Source of the DNA: Thermoproteus sp.
GTDB lineage: Archaea > Thermoproteota > Thermoprotei > Thermoproteales > Thermoproteaceae
Reading direction: 5' to 3'
Length of the DNA stretch: 64,000 bases
Assembly (NCBI GenBank): GCA_049976425.1
Contig: JBMFIG010000001.1
Coordinates: forward strand, 249,778 to 313,777
Of the stretch, positions 48,368 through 59,572 are shown piece by piece. The notes under the pieces were generated by a model, which had not been told where the DNA came from, did not search any database, and saw only the letters and a list, made by a program, of their open reading frames with translations. Every line of letters starts with the position of its first letter. Position 1 is the stretch's first letter. The translations under genes were made by a program, and so were the position numbers.

Positions 48368-48739
48368 GTGGAGCTCAAACTAGAAACCTTACGCGAGAAC
48401 AAGTTGCTGGCGCGTAGAGAGATCGTCGCGACCATAGTGCACAGCGGCTCGTCCACCCCGACAAGACAACAGGTGAGGGAGGCCGTCGCCGCGCAGTTGG
48501 GGGTGAAGCCGGAGCTGGTTTTTATCAAGAAGATCTTAACCGAATTTGGCCGAGGCGTATCGAGAGCCGAGGTGCATGTGTACGACTCAGAGGCTACCGC
48601 CAAGGTCGTGGAGCCTCTCTACATAATCGCGAGGAATTCGCCCGACGGGAAGAAGCTACTCGAGGAGGCCAAGAAACGCAAGGCTGAGATTAGGGAGAAG
48701 AAGCGGAGGAAGAAGAAAGGGGCCGCGAAGAAGAAATGA
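48368..48739 (+). CDS. rps24e: 30S ribosomal protein S24e
   Basis: ENKLLARRE, TPTR, TEFG, VYD. Confidence 0.95.
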   Translation: MELKLETLRENKLLARREIVATIVHSGSSTPTRQQVREAVAAQLGVKPELVFIKKILTEFGRGVSRAEVHVYDSEATAKVVEPLYIIARNSPDGKKLLEEAKKRKAEIREKKRRKKKGAAKKK

Positions 48740-48921
48740 GCGAGGCCAAGAAGTTGCCCAGGTCCGCTACTTGGTACCAGTACGACTACGAGAAGGGCAC
48801 CATAAAGTTTCTGAGGAGGCTCTGTCCCCGTTGCGGATCCGTCATGGCGTACCACAAGGAGCCTGTGCCCAGATGGCACTGCGGCAAGTGCGGGATGACC
48901 ATATTCGAGTCAAAGCGGTAG
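48736..48921 (+). CDS. rps27ae: 30S ribosomal protein S27ae
   Basis: CPRCGSVMAYH..RWHCGKCG. Confidence 0.95.
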   Translation: MSEAKKLPRSATWYQYDYEKGTIKFLRRLCPRCGSVMAYHKEPVPRWHCGKCGMTIFESKR

Positions 48922-48951
48922 ACCTAAAAACGCGCAGATGGCCTTTGTTCT

Positions 48952-49977
48952 GTGTTAGTACTAGGCGTCGAGAGCACTGCGCATACTATAGGTATAGGCG
49001 TAGTGGAGGACGGCAAAATAGTCGCTAACGTTAACGATACCTATATCCCTCCTTCAGGCTTCGGCATACATCCGAGGGAGGCTGCCGAACACCACGCCAA
49101 GATCGCGGTGGCGCTACTGAGGGAGGCCTTGAGGAAGGCCGGAAGGGACGCCTCGGCGATAGACGCCGTCGCCTACTCGGCAGGGCCTGGGCTGGGGCCC
49201 GTCCTGAGGATAGGGGCTGTCCTGGCCCGCGCGCTGTCGGTTAAGCTGGGGAAGCCGCTGGTGCCTGTGCACCACGGCGTCGCCCATATAGAAATAGCGA
49301 GGGCGTTGACGGGCAGTTGCGACCCCTTGGTCCTCCTCATATCGGGTGGCCACACGATGATCGTCGGGTTCGCGGACGGCAGATACAGGGTCTTCGGCGA
49401 GACGCTCGATATGGCCGTCGGCAACGCCATAGATAAATTCGCCAGAGAGGTCGGGCTGGGCTATCCCGGCGTCCCCGCCGTGGAGAAGTGCGCTGAGGGC
49501 GCCAGGTCTGTGGTGCCTCTGCCCATGAACATAATAGGGCAGGACCTGGCCTTCTCCGGCCTAGTCACGAAGGCGGTCGAGCTCTATAGAAGCGGCGAGG
49601 TCGACCTCCCCACCCTATGCAAGTCGCTGGTGGAGACCGCCTACTATATGTTGGCCGAAGTCCTCGAGCGGGCTCTGGCGTATACCGGCAAGCGGGAGCT
49701 CGTCGTCGCCGGGGGCGTCGCCAGGAGCGCCAGGCTTAGGCAGATATTAGAGGCCATAGCTGAGGACAGAGGCGTGGAGCTGAAGATAGTCCCCTTCGAG
49801 TACGCGGGCGATAACGGCGCCATGATCGCCCTCACGGGCTACTACGCGTTTAGGAGAGGCGTATCTGTGAGCGTGGAGGAGAGCTTCGTGAAACAAAGAT
49901 GGAGACTCGACCAAGTGGACGTGCCTTGGTTCTCGGACGTGTGCTTCAGTACCTCAGATGCCCGAAGACCTTCTTGA
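48952..49977 (+). CDS. kae1: tRNA t6A threonylcarbamoyltransferase Kae1
   Basis: [44 protein letters not shown]. Confidence 0.95.
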   Translation: MLVLGVESTAHTIGIGVVEDGKIVANVNDTYIPPSGFGIHPREAAEHHAKIAVALLREALRKAGRDASAIDAVAYSAGPGLGPVLRIGAVLARALSVKLGKPLVPVHHGVAHIEIARALTGSCDPLVLLISGGHTMIVGFADGRYRVFGETLDMAVGNAIDKFAREVGLGYPGVPAVEKCAEGARSVVPLPMNIIGQDLAFSGLVTKAVELYRSGEVDLPTLCKSLVETAYYMLAEVLERALAYTGKRELVVAGGVARSARLRQILEAIAEDRGVELKIVPFEYAGDNGAMIALTGYYAFRRGVSVSVEESFVKQRWRLDQVDVPWFSDVCFSTSDARRPS

Positions 49978-52363
49978 GAATTCCTCTGAACTCCTCATCG
50001 TCGTCTACTTTGTAGAGGGCTCTATACACGGCGTCTAGCCTCTCCCTCAACGCCTTAAGCTCCACCGACGCCACGAGGACCCTCGTGCCGAGCACCGCGT
50101 CGGGGTTGACGGATATGCTGTCGATGCCGGCCCTAACCAGGAACTCCACCATCTGCGGGTACACCGAGGGTCCCTGCCCGCATATGGATACGGTCAAGCC
50201 GTGTCTGTGTGCTCTATTTATTAGGTCGTATATAGCTCTGAGCACCGGGGCCTCCCTCTCGTCGAAGTACTTCGGGTTTATCCTCACTAGATAGTCGTTG
50301 TCGCGGTCGACGCCCAGAGTCAGCTGGGTCAAGTCGTTGGAGCCTATGGAGAACCCGTCGAAGAAAGGCGCGAACTCCTCAGCCATGAAGACCACCGACG
50401 GCACCTCCGCCATGGCCCAGACCTTGAAGTCCCTATCTCTGTGGAGCCCCTCCTCCTCTAGTAGCTTGGCGAATTTCTCGGCTTCCCAGACGGTCCTGAC
50501 AAACGGAGCCATGACCCACACGTTGTTGAGGCCTAGCTCCTCGCGGACTTTTCTAACTGCCTTGAGCTCCAGCCTAAACGCCTTCTCGTACTGCGGCGAG
50601 ACGTAGCGGGAGACACCGCGCCAGCCCAACATGGGGTTCCTCTCCTCCGGCTCGAACTTCTCGCCGCCCTTGAGGCTACGGTACTCGTTGGTCTTGAAGT
50701 CGGAGAACCTCACCACGACGGGCCTCGGGTATATCGCTGAGGCCACCTTGGCGATCCCCTCCGCCATCTTGTCCACGAACTTCTGCTCCTGCCCTATCGA
50801 CAGCAGGTAGAGGGGATGCTCGCCGATCCAGCTCGATATGACGAACTCTATCCTCATCAGCCCTATCCCGTCGAAGGGCAGATCCTTGTACTCGTCTATC
50901 TTTTCCGGCTCGCCCAAGTTCATGTAGATCTTGGTGCCAGTCGGGATAGCGCGGTATATGTGGAGCACTATCTCGCGGCCGGCAACCGCGGGCTCCGCGA
51001 CCTTGGCCTCCGCCTTGACCTCCACCGCGCCGGCCAGCACAACGCCCTTGCCGCCGTCCACGGTATAGATCTCGCCGTCTTTCAAGACCTGGGTTGCGTT
51101 CCCCGTGCCCACCACGGCCGGTATGCCCAGCTCGCGGCTGACTATAGCTGCGTGGCTGGTTCTCCCCCCTTCATCTGTTACTATTGCCGACGCGAGGCGC
51201 ATGTAGGGGACCCAGTCGGGGTCCGTCATCTTCGTCACGAGGATGTCGCCCTTCTGCAACTTCCTCTTGGCGTCGTCCAGCGTGAGGCAGATCTTGGCCC
51301 TCCCGACAGCCACGCCGGGGCTTGCTGCGATGCCCTTGACCACCACGGTCCCGCCGCCCGCCGCCTCTCTCCTATCCGGGGCCTTCCTGCTCCACACAGT
51401 CTCCGGCCTGACCTGTACGATGAAGAGGTTCTGCGGGAACGGCATATCGGCATCCACCGAGAACTCTATATCGAGCGGGCGGCCGTAGCGGCGCTCCAGC
51501 TCCAGAGCCATCTTGGCATACTCCACTACCTCGTTGTCGTCCAGCGAGGGCGCCGAGGCCTTGTCCTCGGATAGCTCAACCTCCCTAGTGAGGCCGGCCT
51601 CGTCCCTCATCACGGCGACCCTCTTCCTAGATATGCGCCGTTCTACTATCCTCAAGCTGGACTTATCTACCACGAACTCGTCGGGAGTGACTATGCCCCT
51701 CACAACCCCCTCGCCGAGTCCCCAGCCCGACTCTATCACTATCTTCGACGTATCGCCGTTCGTGGGATCTAGCGTGAACATGACGCCGGCGGATCTGGCG
51801 TTGACCAGCTTCTGCACTATGACTGCTATCGACGCGCCGTCGTGGGGTATCCCCATCTGCTCCCTGTAGTATATAGCCCTGGCCGTGTACAACGAGGCCC
51901 ACACCTTCTTGACGTGGTCTATGACGCCCTCGATGCCCCTCACGTTTAGATAGGTGTCTTGTTGACCGGCGAAAGACGCCTCGCCTAGATCCTCCGCTGT
52001 GGCCGAGGAGCGTACGGCGACCGGCACGTCCTTAACGCCGACGAGTTCGGAAAGCTTGGCGTAGGCCGCCGCTATCTCGTCGGCTATATCCTTGGGCATC
52101 GGCGTCGCCTCTATGAGGCCTCTTATCGAGGCCGAGGCCCTCTCGTAGTCCTCGGGGGATCCGCCTCTAACTGCCTTAAGTATCTCGGATATCTTGGGCC
52201 TTATGCCAGTCGCGTCCAAGAAACGGAGGAAGGCCTCGGTGGTGACCACGAAGCCGGGAGGGACCCTCGCCAGCTTCGTGACCTCGCCCAGATTCGCCGC
52301 CTTGCCGCCGACCAGAGGATGGTCCTTGAGGGATATCTCCTCCAGCCACATGACGAGCCCCAT
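49946..52363 (-). CDS. ppsA: Phosphoenolpyruvate synthase
   Basis: [51 protein letters not shown]. Confidence 0.96.
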   Translation of the reverse strand: MGLVMWLEEISLKDHPLVGGKAANLGEVTKLARVPPGFVVTTEAFLRFLDATGIRPKISEILKAVRGGSPEDYERASASIRGLIEATPMPKDIADEIAAAYAKLSELVGVKDVPVAVRSSATAEDLGEASFAGQQDTYLNVRGIEGVIDHVKKVWASLYTARAIYYREQMGIPHDGASIAVIVQKLVNARSAGVMFTLDPTNGDTSKIVIESGWGLGEGVVRGIVTPDEFVVDKSSLRIVERRISRKRVAVMRDEAGLTREVELSEDKASAPSLDDNEVVEYAKMALELERRYGRPLDIEFSVDADMPFPQNLFIVQVRPETVWSRKAPDRREAAGGGTVVVKGIAASPGVAVGRAKICLTLDDAKRKLQKGDILVTKMTDPDWVPYMRLASAIVTDEGGRTSHAAIVSRELGIPAVVGTGNATQVLKDGEIYTVDGGKGVVLAGAVEVKAEAKVAEPAVAGREIVLHIYRAIPTGTKIYMNLGEPEKIDEYKDLPFDGIGLMRIEFVISSWIGEHPLYLLSIGQEQKFVDKMAEGIAKVASAIYPRPVVVRFSDFKTNEYRSLKGGEKFEPEERNPMLGWRGVSRYVSPQYEKAFRLELKAVRKVREELGLNNVWVMAPFVRTVWEAEKFAKLLEEEGLHRDRDFKVWAMAEVPSVVFMAEEFAPFFDGFSIGSNDLTQLTLGVDRDNDYLVRINPKYFDEREAPVLRAIYDLINRAHRHGLTVSICGQGPSVYPQMVEFLVRAGIDSISVNPDAVLGTRVLVASVELKALRERLDAVYRALYKVDDDEEFRGILKKVFGHLRY

Positions 52364-52458
52364 GTGAGGTATTACGAGTGTTATTAATACTAACTATTCA
52401 ACCCATGAAGATAGCTGTTGGCGTCTTTGGCCGAAAATAGCTCTGATTTATAATTAGC

Positions 52459-53163
52459 CTAAACTACGACAAGCCTCTCGGGCAACGCGCCCGACGTCAG
52501 CTTTCTATGTATGGCGCGTAGTATCTCGGGCCTTAGAGGCGGCTTGCGTTGGGTCAAGACGTTCCTCAGCGCGCGGCCACAATAGATGCACCGGGTTATC
52601 CTAGATCCGTACATCAAGAAGTCGACTCCACAATGGGCGCATCTGCCTATATCCGGCAAGATCGACGACGGCTCGAACGAGACCACCTTGGCCACATCCC
52701 TCAAGACGACGCCCGAGGCGTATCGGCCCAGCTCGAGGGCCTTCTTGAGGTCGGCCACCAGCAGGACGTCTATCCGCCTTCTGTACACCTCGCCGGCGAC
52801 TCTGAGGGCCCTTCTGAGGGAGCCCGCGTCCTCGGCCTCCACGACCACAAAGGCCGAGTCGTCGGGGACCTCCGGTATCCCGAATCTGTGTTTTACCTCG
52901 TCGAGCGCGGCGTCTGCGCCCCCGGCATACGCCGCCAGACGCCCCTCTTCGTCGGCCCCTCCGTAGAACACCTTCAGGCCTCTCGACTTTAACAGATAGA
53001 CCGACGTGGCTATTGAGGAAAGCCTCTCGAGCCGCTCGACGTCCTCGCAGTCGCCCACGGGCTCTCCGAGAGCTATCGGCGAGCCGTCCACAGGCGAGCG
53101 GGAACACAGCCAAGAGCCAGCGAATATGGCCACCGGAGGGCCCTCGGCGTAAGCCAATATCAC
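52459..53163 (-). CDS. Hypothetical protein with C-terminal Zn ribbon
   Basis: 234 aa, CAHC...CIYC. Confidence 0.7.
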   Translation of the reverse strand: MILAYAEGPPVAIFAGSWLCSRSPVDGSPIALGEPVGDCEDVERLERLSSIATSVYLLKSRGLKVFYGGADEEGRLAAYAGGADAALDEVKHRFGIPEVPDDSAFVVVEAEDAGSLRRALRVAGEVYRRRIDVLLVADLKKALELGRYASGVVLRDVAKVVSFEPSSILPDIGRCAHCGVDFLMYGSRITRCIYCGRALRNVLTQRKPPLRPEILRAIHRKLTSGALPERLVVV

Positions 53164-53208
53164 GACGTCGGCCGCGGATGCCTTTTTAAAGCCTTCCGCT
53201 TGACGTGA

Positions 53209-54450
53209 GTGTTAATAGCTAGGGAGCTTCCGTGGTCCAGAAACGGGCTGGCGTACGCTTTGAGCCCGATCGAGGAGAAAGTGCGCGTCTTTGTAGCCAG
53301 AAGCCGCGACGAGTTGCTCACGGCAATCGAGAAGGACGAGAGGCCTGTGGTGCTCTACAGCCTTTCGACCCCCAACTTCGTCGAGTACTGGCAGGAGATC
53401 GCCGCGGCGGCCTCCAAGGCGCCGGTAGTTGTCGGCGGTCCTCACGCCATCGGGGACCCGGCGACCCTCCTACGGCTGGGCGTCAAGTACGTCGTGATCG
53501 GCGACGGCGAGGCCGCACTGCCTGCAATAGTCAGGAGAGAGCTTGAAGGCTCCGACGAGATGCCGCCTAACACCCTACTCCTATCAGACGGGAGGATCGG
53601 ATCGGGGCCTAGAGAGTTCGTCGATATCAATAGGTACAGGACGTACAGCACCGTCCTAGACGCCTATCCGCCTATAGAGATAATGAGGGGGTGCGTCTAC
53701 AGATGCTCCTTCTGCCTCACTTGGAGGCTCAGCCCCGTCAGGTACAGAGGCATCGAGTCCGTGGCCGATATGGTTAGGGCCTACGTCGAGAGGGGTATCA
53801 AGGACATAAGGTTCGTGGCGCCTGTGGGGTTCCTATACGGCTCCCGCGACGGGAGAACCCCCGACGTGAGCTCCTTGGTCGAGCTCCTTGAGGCTGTGCG
53901 GAGGGCCGGAGGGAGGCCCTATCTGGGGACGTTCCCGAGCGAGACGAGGCCCGAGACAATAACCGACGAGGTCCTAAGGGCCTTGAAGGGGCTTCTGGCA
54001 AATAGGAGGATATCGTTCGGCCTACAGACGGCGTCCGAGAGGTTGCTGAAGCTTTCCAAAAGAGAACACGACGTCGAGGTCGTCCTCAACGCGGCCGAGA
54101 CTGCCAGACGGCACGGCTTTACGCCCATAGTCGACGTCATAGCGGGCCTCCCGGGCGAGGGCGAGGATGACGTGAAGGCTACGGTAGCCGCCATGGAGAA
54201 GTTGGTCAAGCTGGGATCTAAGATAAGGCTTCACTACTTCATCCCCCTGCCGGGCACGCCTCTCTGGGGCTTGAGGCCGGCGCCTCTGCACGACAACTAT
54301 AGGAAATTCGCGGCTAAGTACGCCCCCTACGTCGAGGGGTATTGGGAGGAGCAGATAGAGCTGGCGAACAAGATCTTGGAGGCGTACAGAGAGGTCGAGG
54401 CGTTCCTATCCAGGCGCTCTGGCCCCCTCCCGGCAGGCCCAACGGCGTAG
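53209..54450 (+). CDS. B12-binding-domain radical SAM protein (TIGR04013-like)
   Basis: GGPH, GDGE, RGCVYRCSFC, GTFPSETRPE, FIPLPGTP. Confidence 0.88.
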   Translation: MLIARELPWSRNGLAYALSPIEEKVRVFVARSRDELLTAIEKDERPVVLYSLSTPNFVEYWQEIAAAASKAPVVVGGPHAIGDPATLLRLGVKYVVIGDGEAALPAIVRRELEGSDEMPPNTLLLSDGRIGSGPREFVDINRYRTYSTVLDAYPPIEIMRGCVYRCSFCLTWRLSPVRYRGIESVADMVRAYVERGIKDIRFVAPVGFLYGSRDGRTPDVSSLVELLEAVRRAGGRPYLGTFPSETRPETITDEVLRALKGLLANRRISFGLQTASERLLKLSKREHDVEVVLNAAETARRHGFTPIVDVIAGLPGEGEDDVKATVAAMEKLVKLGSKIRLHYFIPLPGTPLWGLRPAPLHDNYRKFAAKYAPYVEGYWEEQIELANKILEAYREVEAFLSRRSGPLPAGPTA

Positions 54451-54459
54451 CTCTACTGC

Positions 54460-54786
54460 CTATTGAGGCTTCAACGTGATCAGGCCGAGCTCCTCGGCGA
54501 GCCGTAGATACCAGTTGGCTATGTGCCTCGCGAGGGACTTCACGGCCAGCTCCTCGTCGTATACGCCAGCGATCTCTGCATAGGCCTCCGCGGCCGTCCG
54601 CCTATCGAGGCGCCCCTCCACTAACCTGGACAATCTATCCAGGGCCTCGGCCGCCGAACTGCCCGCCATAGAGGCGATCAAGTTCAGGACCGCGCCGTCG
54701 GGCGCCACCATGTCCAGCATGTCGTAGAGGCCCTTCCTGCGCAGGAGGTCGTTGTACTTAGCTATAAGCGGATCCGCCAACTCCAT
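54460..54786 (-). CDS. Hypothetical protein
   Basis: 108 aa from ATG 54786 (MELADPLIAKYNDLL). Confidence 0.7.
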   Translation of the reverse strand: MELADPLIAKYNDLLRRKGLYDMLDMVAPDGAVLNLIASMAGSSAAEALDRLSRLVEGRLDRRTAAEAYAEIAGVYDEELAVKSLARHIANWYLRLAEELGLITLKPQ

Positions 54787-55676
54787 AACAGCCGGAACAT
54801 CTGGACCATGTCGTCCTTTCTGTAGGTAGCCTCGTAGCCCAGAGCCCTCTTCATCTTCTCGCAAGAATAGGGCGTCCCAGCGTATTTCAGCAAGTCCCTT
54901 ACGCCTGGCGGCGCGAAGAGCCGCACAAGGGCTAGAGGCAACGGGATCTTGGCCAGCCGCCTGCCGGCCGCCTCCTCAAGCGCTTCAACAATCCTCTCGA
55001 ATTTAAGGGGCTCGCACTCAGTCGCGAAGAAGTACTGGCGCGGCGGCGCGAGAGTCGCGGATCTCTCCACTATAGCTGAGAGATCGCTGGCGGATATGGC
55101 CGAGAAGCTCAGCTTGGGGCTGGGGGCTACGCCGGCCTTAGCAAGCCGCACCAACGTAGCCCATTCCGGATGGTCGTTGTAGGGTCCGTAAACCGCGGCG
55201 GGCCTGATTATTACCCAGTCCTCGAAGCACCGGGCCACCGCGCGCTCGCCCTCGATCTTCGTCTCGTCGAAATATGTGGTGGGCCTCACGCCCTCCAGAT
55301 GCCTCTCCTCCTCCCTGATCGCGCCGGGGCCGACCACGGTTATTGCAGATATATGCACAACGCGCCCGCGCCAGCCCGCCCTCTGCGCCGCCTCGCAGAG
55401 AAGGCGGGGAAATTCGGCGTTGGCTTTCCAGATCTCCTCGCGGGATCCGTGGAGGGCGGCGACCAAGTTGACGACTACGTCGGGCCTCGCCGACTCTATG
55501 AGCTCGGCGGGATTCGAGTACTCGGCCACCTTAAGGCCGCCGAGGGCTCTGGCTATCAACGGCCTAGGCGGGATCCCCCTCCTCTTGGCCAAGACCGCAT
55601 CGTGACCTCTGCCCATTAGGTACCTAGCTAGGTTGACTCCTATAAAGCCGACGCCTCCGAATAGGAGAAACCTCAC
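54762..55676 (-). CDS. NAD-dependent epimerase/dehydratase
   Basis: FGGVGFIG, YFDETK, IRPAAVYGP. Confidence 0.88.
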   Translation of the reverse strand: MRFLLFGGVGFIGVNLARYLMGRGHDAVLAKRRGIPPRPLIARALGGLKVAEYSNPAELIESARPDVVVNLVAALHGSREEIWKANAEFPRLLCEAAQRAGWRGRVVHISAITVVGPGAIREEERHLEGVRPTTYFDETKIEGERAVARCFEDWVIIRPAAVYGPYNDHPEWATLVRLAKAGVAPSPKLSFSAISASDLSAIVERSATLAPPRQYFFATECEPLKFERIVEALEEAAGRRLAKIPLPLALVRLFAPPGVRDLLKYAGTPYSCEKMKRALGYEATYRKDDMVQMFRLLWSWRIRL

Positions 55677-55717
55677 GTAGAGTCACGACGCGCTATATAA
55701 AAACGCGTGGACGGCAA

Positions 55718-56329
55718 CTACGGCGTTGGGCTGATCGTGCCTCCAGACATGAAGTAGCTGTGTCTGCATGGGACCAGTGGCTCGTTGTGGGATACATAGC
55801 CCACCACCAGGCTGTCCGCCACGTCGCGTAGCGCGTCGGCCAGAAGCCCGCGGGCTTCGTCGTCTAGATAGGACTCCGGCTCGTCCAACAACGCCTCCTT
55901 GGCGCAGGCTAGGGCCAGGGCGAGCTGGAGCCTCCTCCTGATGCCCGGCGAGAGGGACATGGCGTTCCTATCCATGAACCTCGTGAGGCCGAAGTACGCG
56001 GCCCACTTGCCGGCCTTGGCCCTATCGCCGCATATTGAGAGCAGGGACTTGACCGATACCGCGAAGAGCTCGGAGGTCTGGGGCACATATGCAATTCTGC
56101 CTCTCAGCCTATCCGCCTCCGCCCACCTATCGGCATTCACCCTTTTGCCGAACACTACTATGGTCCCTTTGTCCGGCCTCTCCAGAAGCGAGAGCATCCT
56201 CAACAACGTGCTCTTGCCTGCGCCGTTGGGACCCTTGATACAGTTAATACCTGTATATAAAGTTATATATACTCCGCGCACCGCAGTGACGCCGTTAAAG
56301 CTCTTCCATAGATCGAGGCCCTGCAACAC
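55718..56329 (-). CDS. ABC transporter ATP-binding protein (short, divergent)
   Basis: GPNGAGKST, LSPGI signature, LLDEP, VSH. Confidence 0.8.
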   Translation of the reverse strand: MLQGLDLWKSFNGVTAVRGVYITLYTGINCIKGPNGAGKSTLLRMLSLLERPDKGTIVVFGKRVNADRWAEADRLRGRIAYVPQTSELFAVSVKSLLSICGDRAKAGKWAAYFGLTRFMDRNAMSLSPGIRRRLQLALALACAKEALLDEPESYLDDEARGLLADALRDVADSLVVGYVSHNEPLVPCRHSYFMSGGTISPTP

Positions 56330-56566
56330 TAATTAGAGCGGTTGCCAGCTTATACGGGTTAATCTGATCTATAACAACATTTATTTACTATATAGAACTA
56401 ATTATTTTATTTCTATTTATATATGATTTTAAGATATATTATAATAATATACATAGTTTTAAAAGGTTCTCTGTTTATACATTATATATATTTCTTAAAC
56501 TATAAAAAGTATGTTAATATACTATATTTACAAAAACAAGATAAGAAAAATAAGTCAACAGCGCGC

Positions 56567-57049
56567 ATGAAGCGCACGACGGCTCTAATCGCGGCGGCGA
56601 TCATCGCGGCGATACTCGGCGTCGGCCTATATGTATTCTCCAACTATGGCCGGGGAGGGTCCGGCGCGCCTAGTCAGCCGAGCGGGAACAGATCGCTGGT
56701 CTTATGCATAGCGGGCGCCTACGCCGCAGAGGGCCACTATCTGGCCGAGGCCTATAGGAACATCACGGGCGTGCAGGTCGTGGTGAAGCCCGGCGGCTCG
56801 TTCGCGTTGGCCCACCAGATAGCTCTCGGCGTCCCGTGCGACGCCGAGGCTAACGGCTTACAGTACTTGGAACTGCCGCCGTGGCTCAACTTCGGCGATG
56901 CGGCGCACTCCGGCTGGTACTCGCGCTTCTCCTGGACCGTACCCATAGAGGGAGTAGAGACGCAGATCAGAGGCTCGCCGGTGTACCTCTACATAACTAT
57001 CCCGAGGAACGCCAGGGATCGGACGGCGGCGCTCGACTTCCTTTTGTTC
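56567..57049 (+). pseudogene. Internally deleted Mo/W substrate-binding protein, fused in frame to tsaA
   Basis: TM anchor plus IAGAY...PGGSFALA..I...PCDA jumps directly to GLQYLELPPWLNFG...YLYITIP. Compared with 11624-12754 the central lobe and the C-terminus are missing, and there is no stop before tsaA. Confidence 0.75.
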
Positions 57050-57487
57050 GTGCTGTTCGAGCCCATCGGGATAGTGCAACACGACTATCCAGACGACGAG
57101 GTTCGGAGGAGGCGAGTGGAGGGGCTTATACTCGTGTACGATAGGTATGTGGAGGGGTTGAGGGGCTTGGACGAGTTCAGCCACATAATCGTGATCTCTT
57201 ATCTACATAAGTATAGAGGATCTCCTCTGGTGGTGAGGCCCAGACGGCTGGAGGCCAGGGGCTTGCAGGCGCCCGAGGTCGGCGTGTTCGCCACAGACAG
57301 CCCCGACAGGCCCAACCCGATCGGCGTCTCCATAATCAAGCTCCTCGAGGTGAGGGGGAACACGCTACGCGTGTCGGACCTCGACCTCTTCAACGGGACT
57401 CCCGTGCTGGACATAAAGGGCTTCTCGCCGACCCGTTGCCCCAGAGATGCCAAGGCGCCCGACTGGGCGCTGGCGGACCATGTATAG
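57050..57487 (+). CDS. tsaA: TsaA/TrmO (YaeB) family SAM-binding protein
   Basis: FEPIG, GLRGLDEFSHIIVISYLH, GVFATDSPDRPNPIG, LDLFNGTPVLDIK. Confidence 0.88.
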   Translation: MLFEPIGIVQHDYPDDEVRRRRVEGLILVYDRYVEGLRGLDEFSHIIVISYLHKYRGSPLVVRPRRLEARGLQAPEVGVFATDSPDRPNPIGVSIIKLLEVRGNTLRVSDLDLFNGTPVLDIKGFSPTRCPRDAKAPDWALADHV

Positions 57488-58240
57488 GCTGATAGCCGTC
57501 TGCTCGGCCGTTGCGCTGTCGGCGCTCCTGGCGCCGTTCGCGGCGCTGGTCTACTACGGATACGGGCTTTTTTCAGCAACGTCGCCTTCGGCGAGGGCCT
57601 CCTCAGATCGATAGGGGTCACGCTACTGGCGTCCTCCGCGGCGGTGCTGATAAACATAGCGTTCTTCACGCCGGTGGCGTTCTACGCGGCCAGGAGAAGA
57701 AACGCCGTTATAAACGCCTTGACCGACATCCCCGCGTCGGTCCCGCACCCCATAGTGGGCATAGCGCTGGTGTTGCTCGCCAGCCCCCAGACCGCCGTCG
57801 GCAGGTTTCTGAACTCGTTGGGCGTAAGCCTCTTCGACTCGTACATAGGCCTGGTCGCGGCTCTGGTGATAGTGTCGGCGCCTGTGTACATCAGATCTGC
57901 CCAGAGCTACTTCGAGGCTCTGCCCAGAGAGCCGGAGCTTATGGCCGTCAGCATGGGCGCGGGGGAGGCCCGCGTGTTCTGGTACGTCTTCAGAGGCTCC
58001 GCCAGAGGCCTTCTCTCGTCCGGCCTCACCGCCATGTCCAGAGCCATAAGCGAGTTCGGCGCCGTGGCCATCATAGCGTATTACGTATCGGGGCCTCCGT
58101 TCGGCTTGGCGAGCCCCGCCTCTGTCTATATCTGGAACTCTTTCGAGACCTACTACCTATCGGCTATTCCGGAGGCCGCGACGCTCCTCCTATTCTCCCT
58201 CGCCGTGTTGGCGGCTGCTCACGCGCTCAGGAGCCGCTAG
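57480..58240 (+). pseudogene. Mo/W ABC permease with a frameshift at a T6 run
   Basis: MYRLIAV...YYGYGL from ATG 57480 continues in another frame as FSNVAFGEGLL...DIPASVPHPIVG...SRAISEFGA. One extra T at 57568-57573 restores the frame. Confidence 0.8.
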
Positions 58241-58808
58241 CGGGGATCTCGTATTTTTTGTACTTCTCCAGAAGCTCCTTCGAGATCTCCGCCTCCGGCA
58301 CCAACAAGATGAACTCGGCGTCGTTCTCGCCGTATCTGTAGCTCCGCCAGTACCTAAACCTCAGATCTCCGGTTAGGTAGATCATGGCCAGCCTCCTCTC
58401 GCCGAAGGCGTGCCTCAGCCTGCAGTCGCAACCCTCTATGCTGTCGTCGGAGATCACGTAGTACCCGGTCCCGCAGTCGCAGAGCCAGTACCTGTTGCTC
58501 TTGACGTGGACAAAGAGGAATGAGTCCACTCTGTTCTCCACCTTCCTATATATGGGCTCGACAATCCCCTCGAGGTACAACACGGGAGACAGCGGCGTGT
58601 GGACGGGATACACGGCCATCTCGCCGGAGGCCAGACGCCAGAGGTACTTCCTGCTTCTCTTAACGGGCTCCACAAGGCCCTTGAAGTATAGCTTGTTAAG
58701 GATCCTCAAGACCTTGTGCCGCGGATAGCCCGTCAGCTGCACTAGCTCCGTCGTGGACACCTCCTCCCGCTCCTTAATTATCTGAAGCACCCTCTCCTCT
58801 ACATCCAC
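58227..58808 (-). CDS. Winged-HTH domain protein
   Basis: ERVLQIIKEREEVSTTELVQLTGYPRHKVLRILNKLYFKGLV. Confidence 0.78.
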   Translation of the reverse strand: MDVEERVLQIIKEREEVSTTELVQLTGYPRHKVLRILNKLYFKGLVEPVKRSRKYLWRLASGEMAVYPVHTPLSPVLYLEGIVEPIYRKVENRVDSFLFVHVKSNRYWLCDCGTGYYVISDDSIEGCDCRLRHAFGERRLAMIYLTGDLRFRYWRSYRYGENDAEFILLVPEAEISKELLEKYKKYEIPASGS

Positions 58809-58836
58809 AACACATCCCGGTTAGTGGTATATATTC

Positions 58837-59562
58837 TTATCTCAGAGATGAAAGGAGGGGGATCTCCGAGAGCATCTCGTCAGTCACGTACTCCCACAAA
58901 ATACCGCGGGGCTTCGGCCTCCTCTCGGAGGGTCTGAGGACGGCCGTACGGGTCGCGATTAGATCGACGGGCAGGTCGAAGGGCTCTTGGGGTATGTCGT
59001 CCTCGACGAGCTGTAGCTCGTGTACTGTGGTGGCCACGGGAGTCGACTCAGACGCCTTGCCCAGCGCCGTAGCGATGCCCCACTCGAGCTCCGCGTAGCC
59101 GTGGCTCTTGCCCAGCCTGGCGCCGTTTCTGGGATTCACCGCGACGGACCCTATCACCACGAGATCTATCCGCGGCATCTCGCGGGGATCCACCTTGACT
59201 CCCCACCGAAACGCCCCGGATATCGTCGACGCCTCGCGATAGGCGCTCCGAGGCACCCGGCGCGGATCCAGCAGGAGGAAGCCCTCCCTTATCCTCGGAG
59301 TTGGCATGATCACCACCTTGCCCTCCGCCAGCGCCGCCTCGCGGCAGGGCCTCTGGGGCGCGTCGGGGTTTATCTTCACGACATCAGCCGACGCCCACTC
59401 GTTCGACTCCCTCAACTTGCGGCACGCCGACTCGGCCCCAACGAAGTTCGGTATCCGCCCGAACACCGGGCGCGGAAATGCGGCGGCGCCGCTCCTTTCG
59501 AGAAGGTCCCAGATCCTCTCCCTAATCTCTTGCTTCCTTCTCAAAACTAGGGGATTCCGCAC
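58837..59562 (-). CDS. 5-formyltetrahydrofolate cyclo-ligase paralog (COG0212)
   Basis: GRIPNFVGA, NPDAPQ, PTPRI, GSVAV...GARLGKSHGYAELE, DLPVD. Confidence 0.88.
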   Translation of the reverse strand: MRNPLVLRRKQEIRERIWDLLERSGAAAFPRPVFGRIPNFVGAESACRKLRESNEWASADVVKINPDAPQRPCREAALAEGKVVIMPTPRIREGFLLLDPRRVPRSAYREASTISGAFRWGVKVDPREMPRIDLVVIGSVAVNPRNGARLGKSHGYAELEWGIATALGKASESTPVATTVHELQLVEDDIPQEPFDLPVDLIATRTAVLRPSERRPKPRGILWEYVTDEMLSEIPLLSSLR

Positions 59563-59572
59563 AAAAGGGGGA

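Noticed and set aside
52400-52446. Possible C/D sRNA (ATGAAGA...CTGA)
   Set aside because: Box spacing is too short and there is no credible D' box.
56423-56566. N-terminal extension of the 354-aa ORF
   Set aside because: Runs through the AT-rich promoter island. The plausible start is ATG 56567, before the TM anchor.
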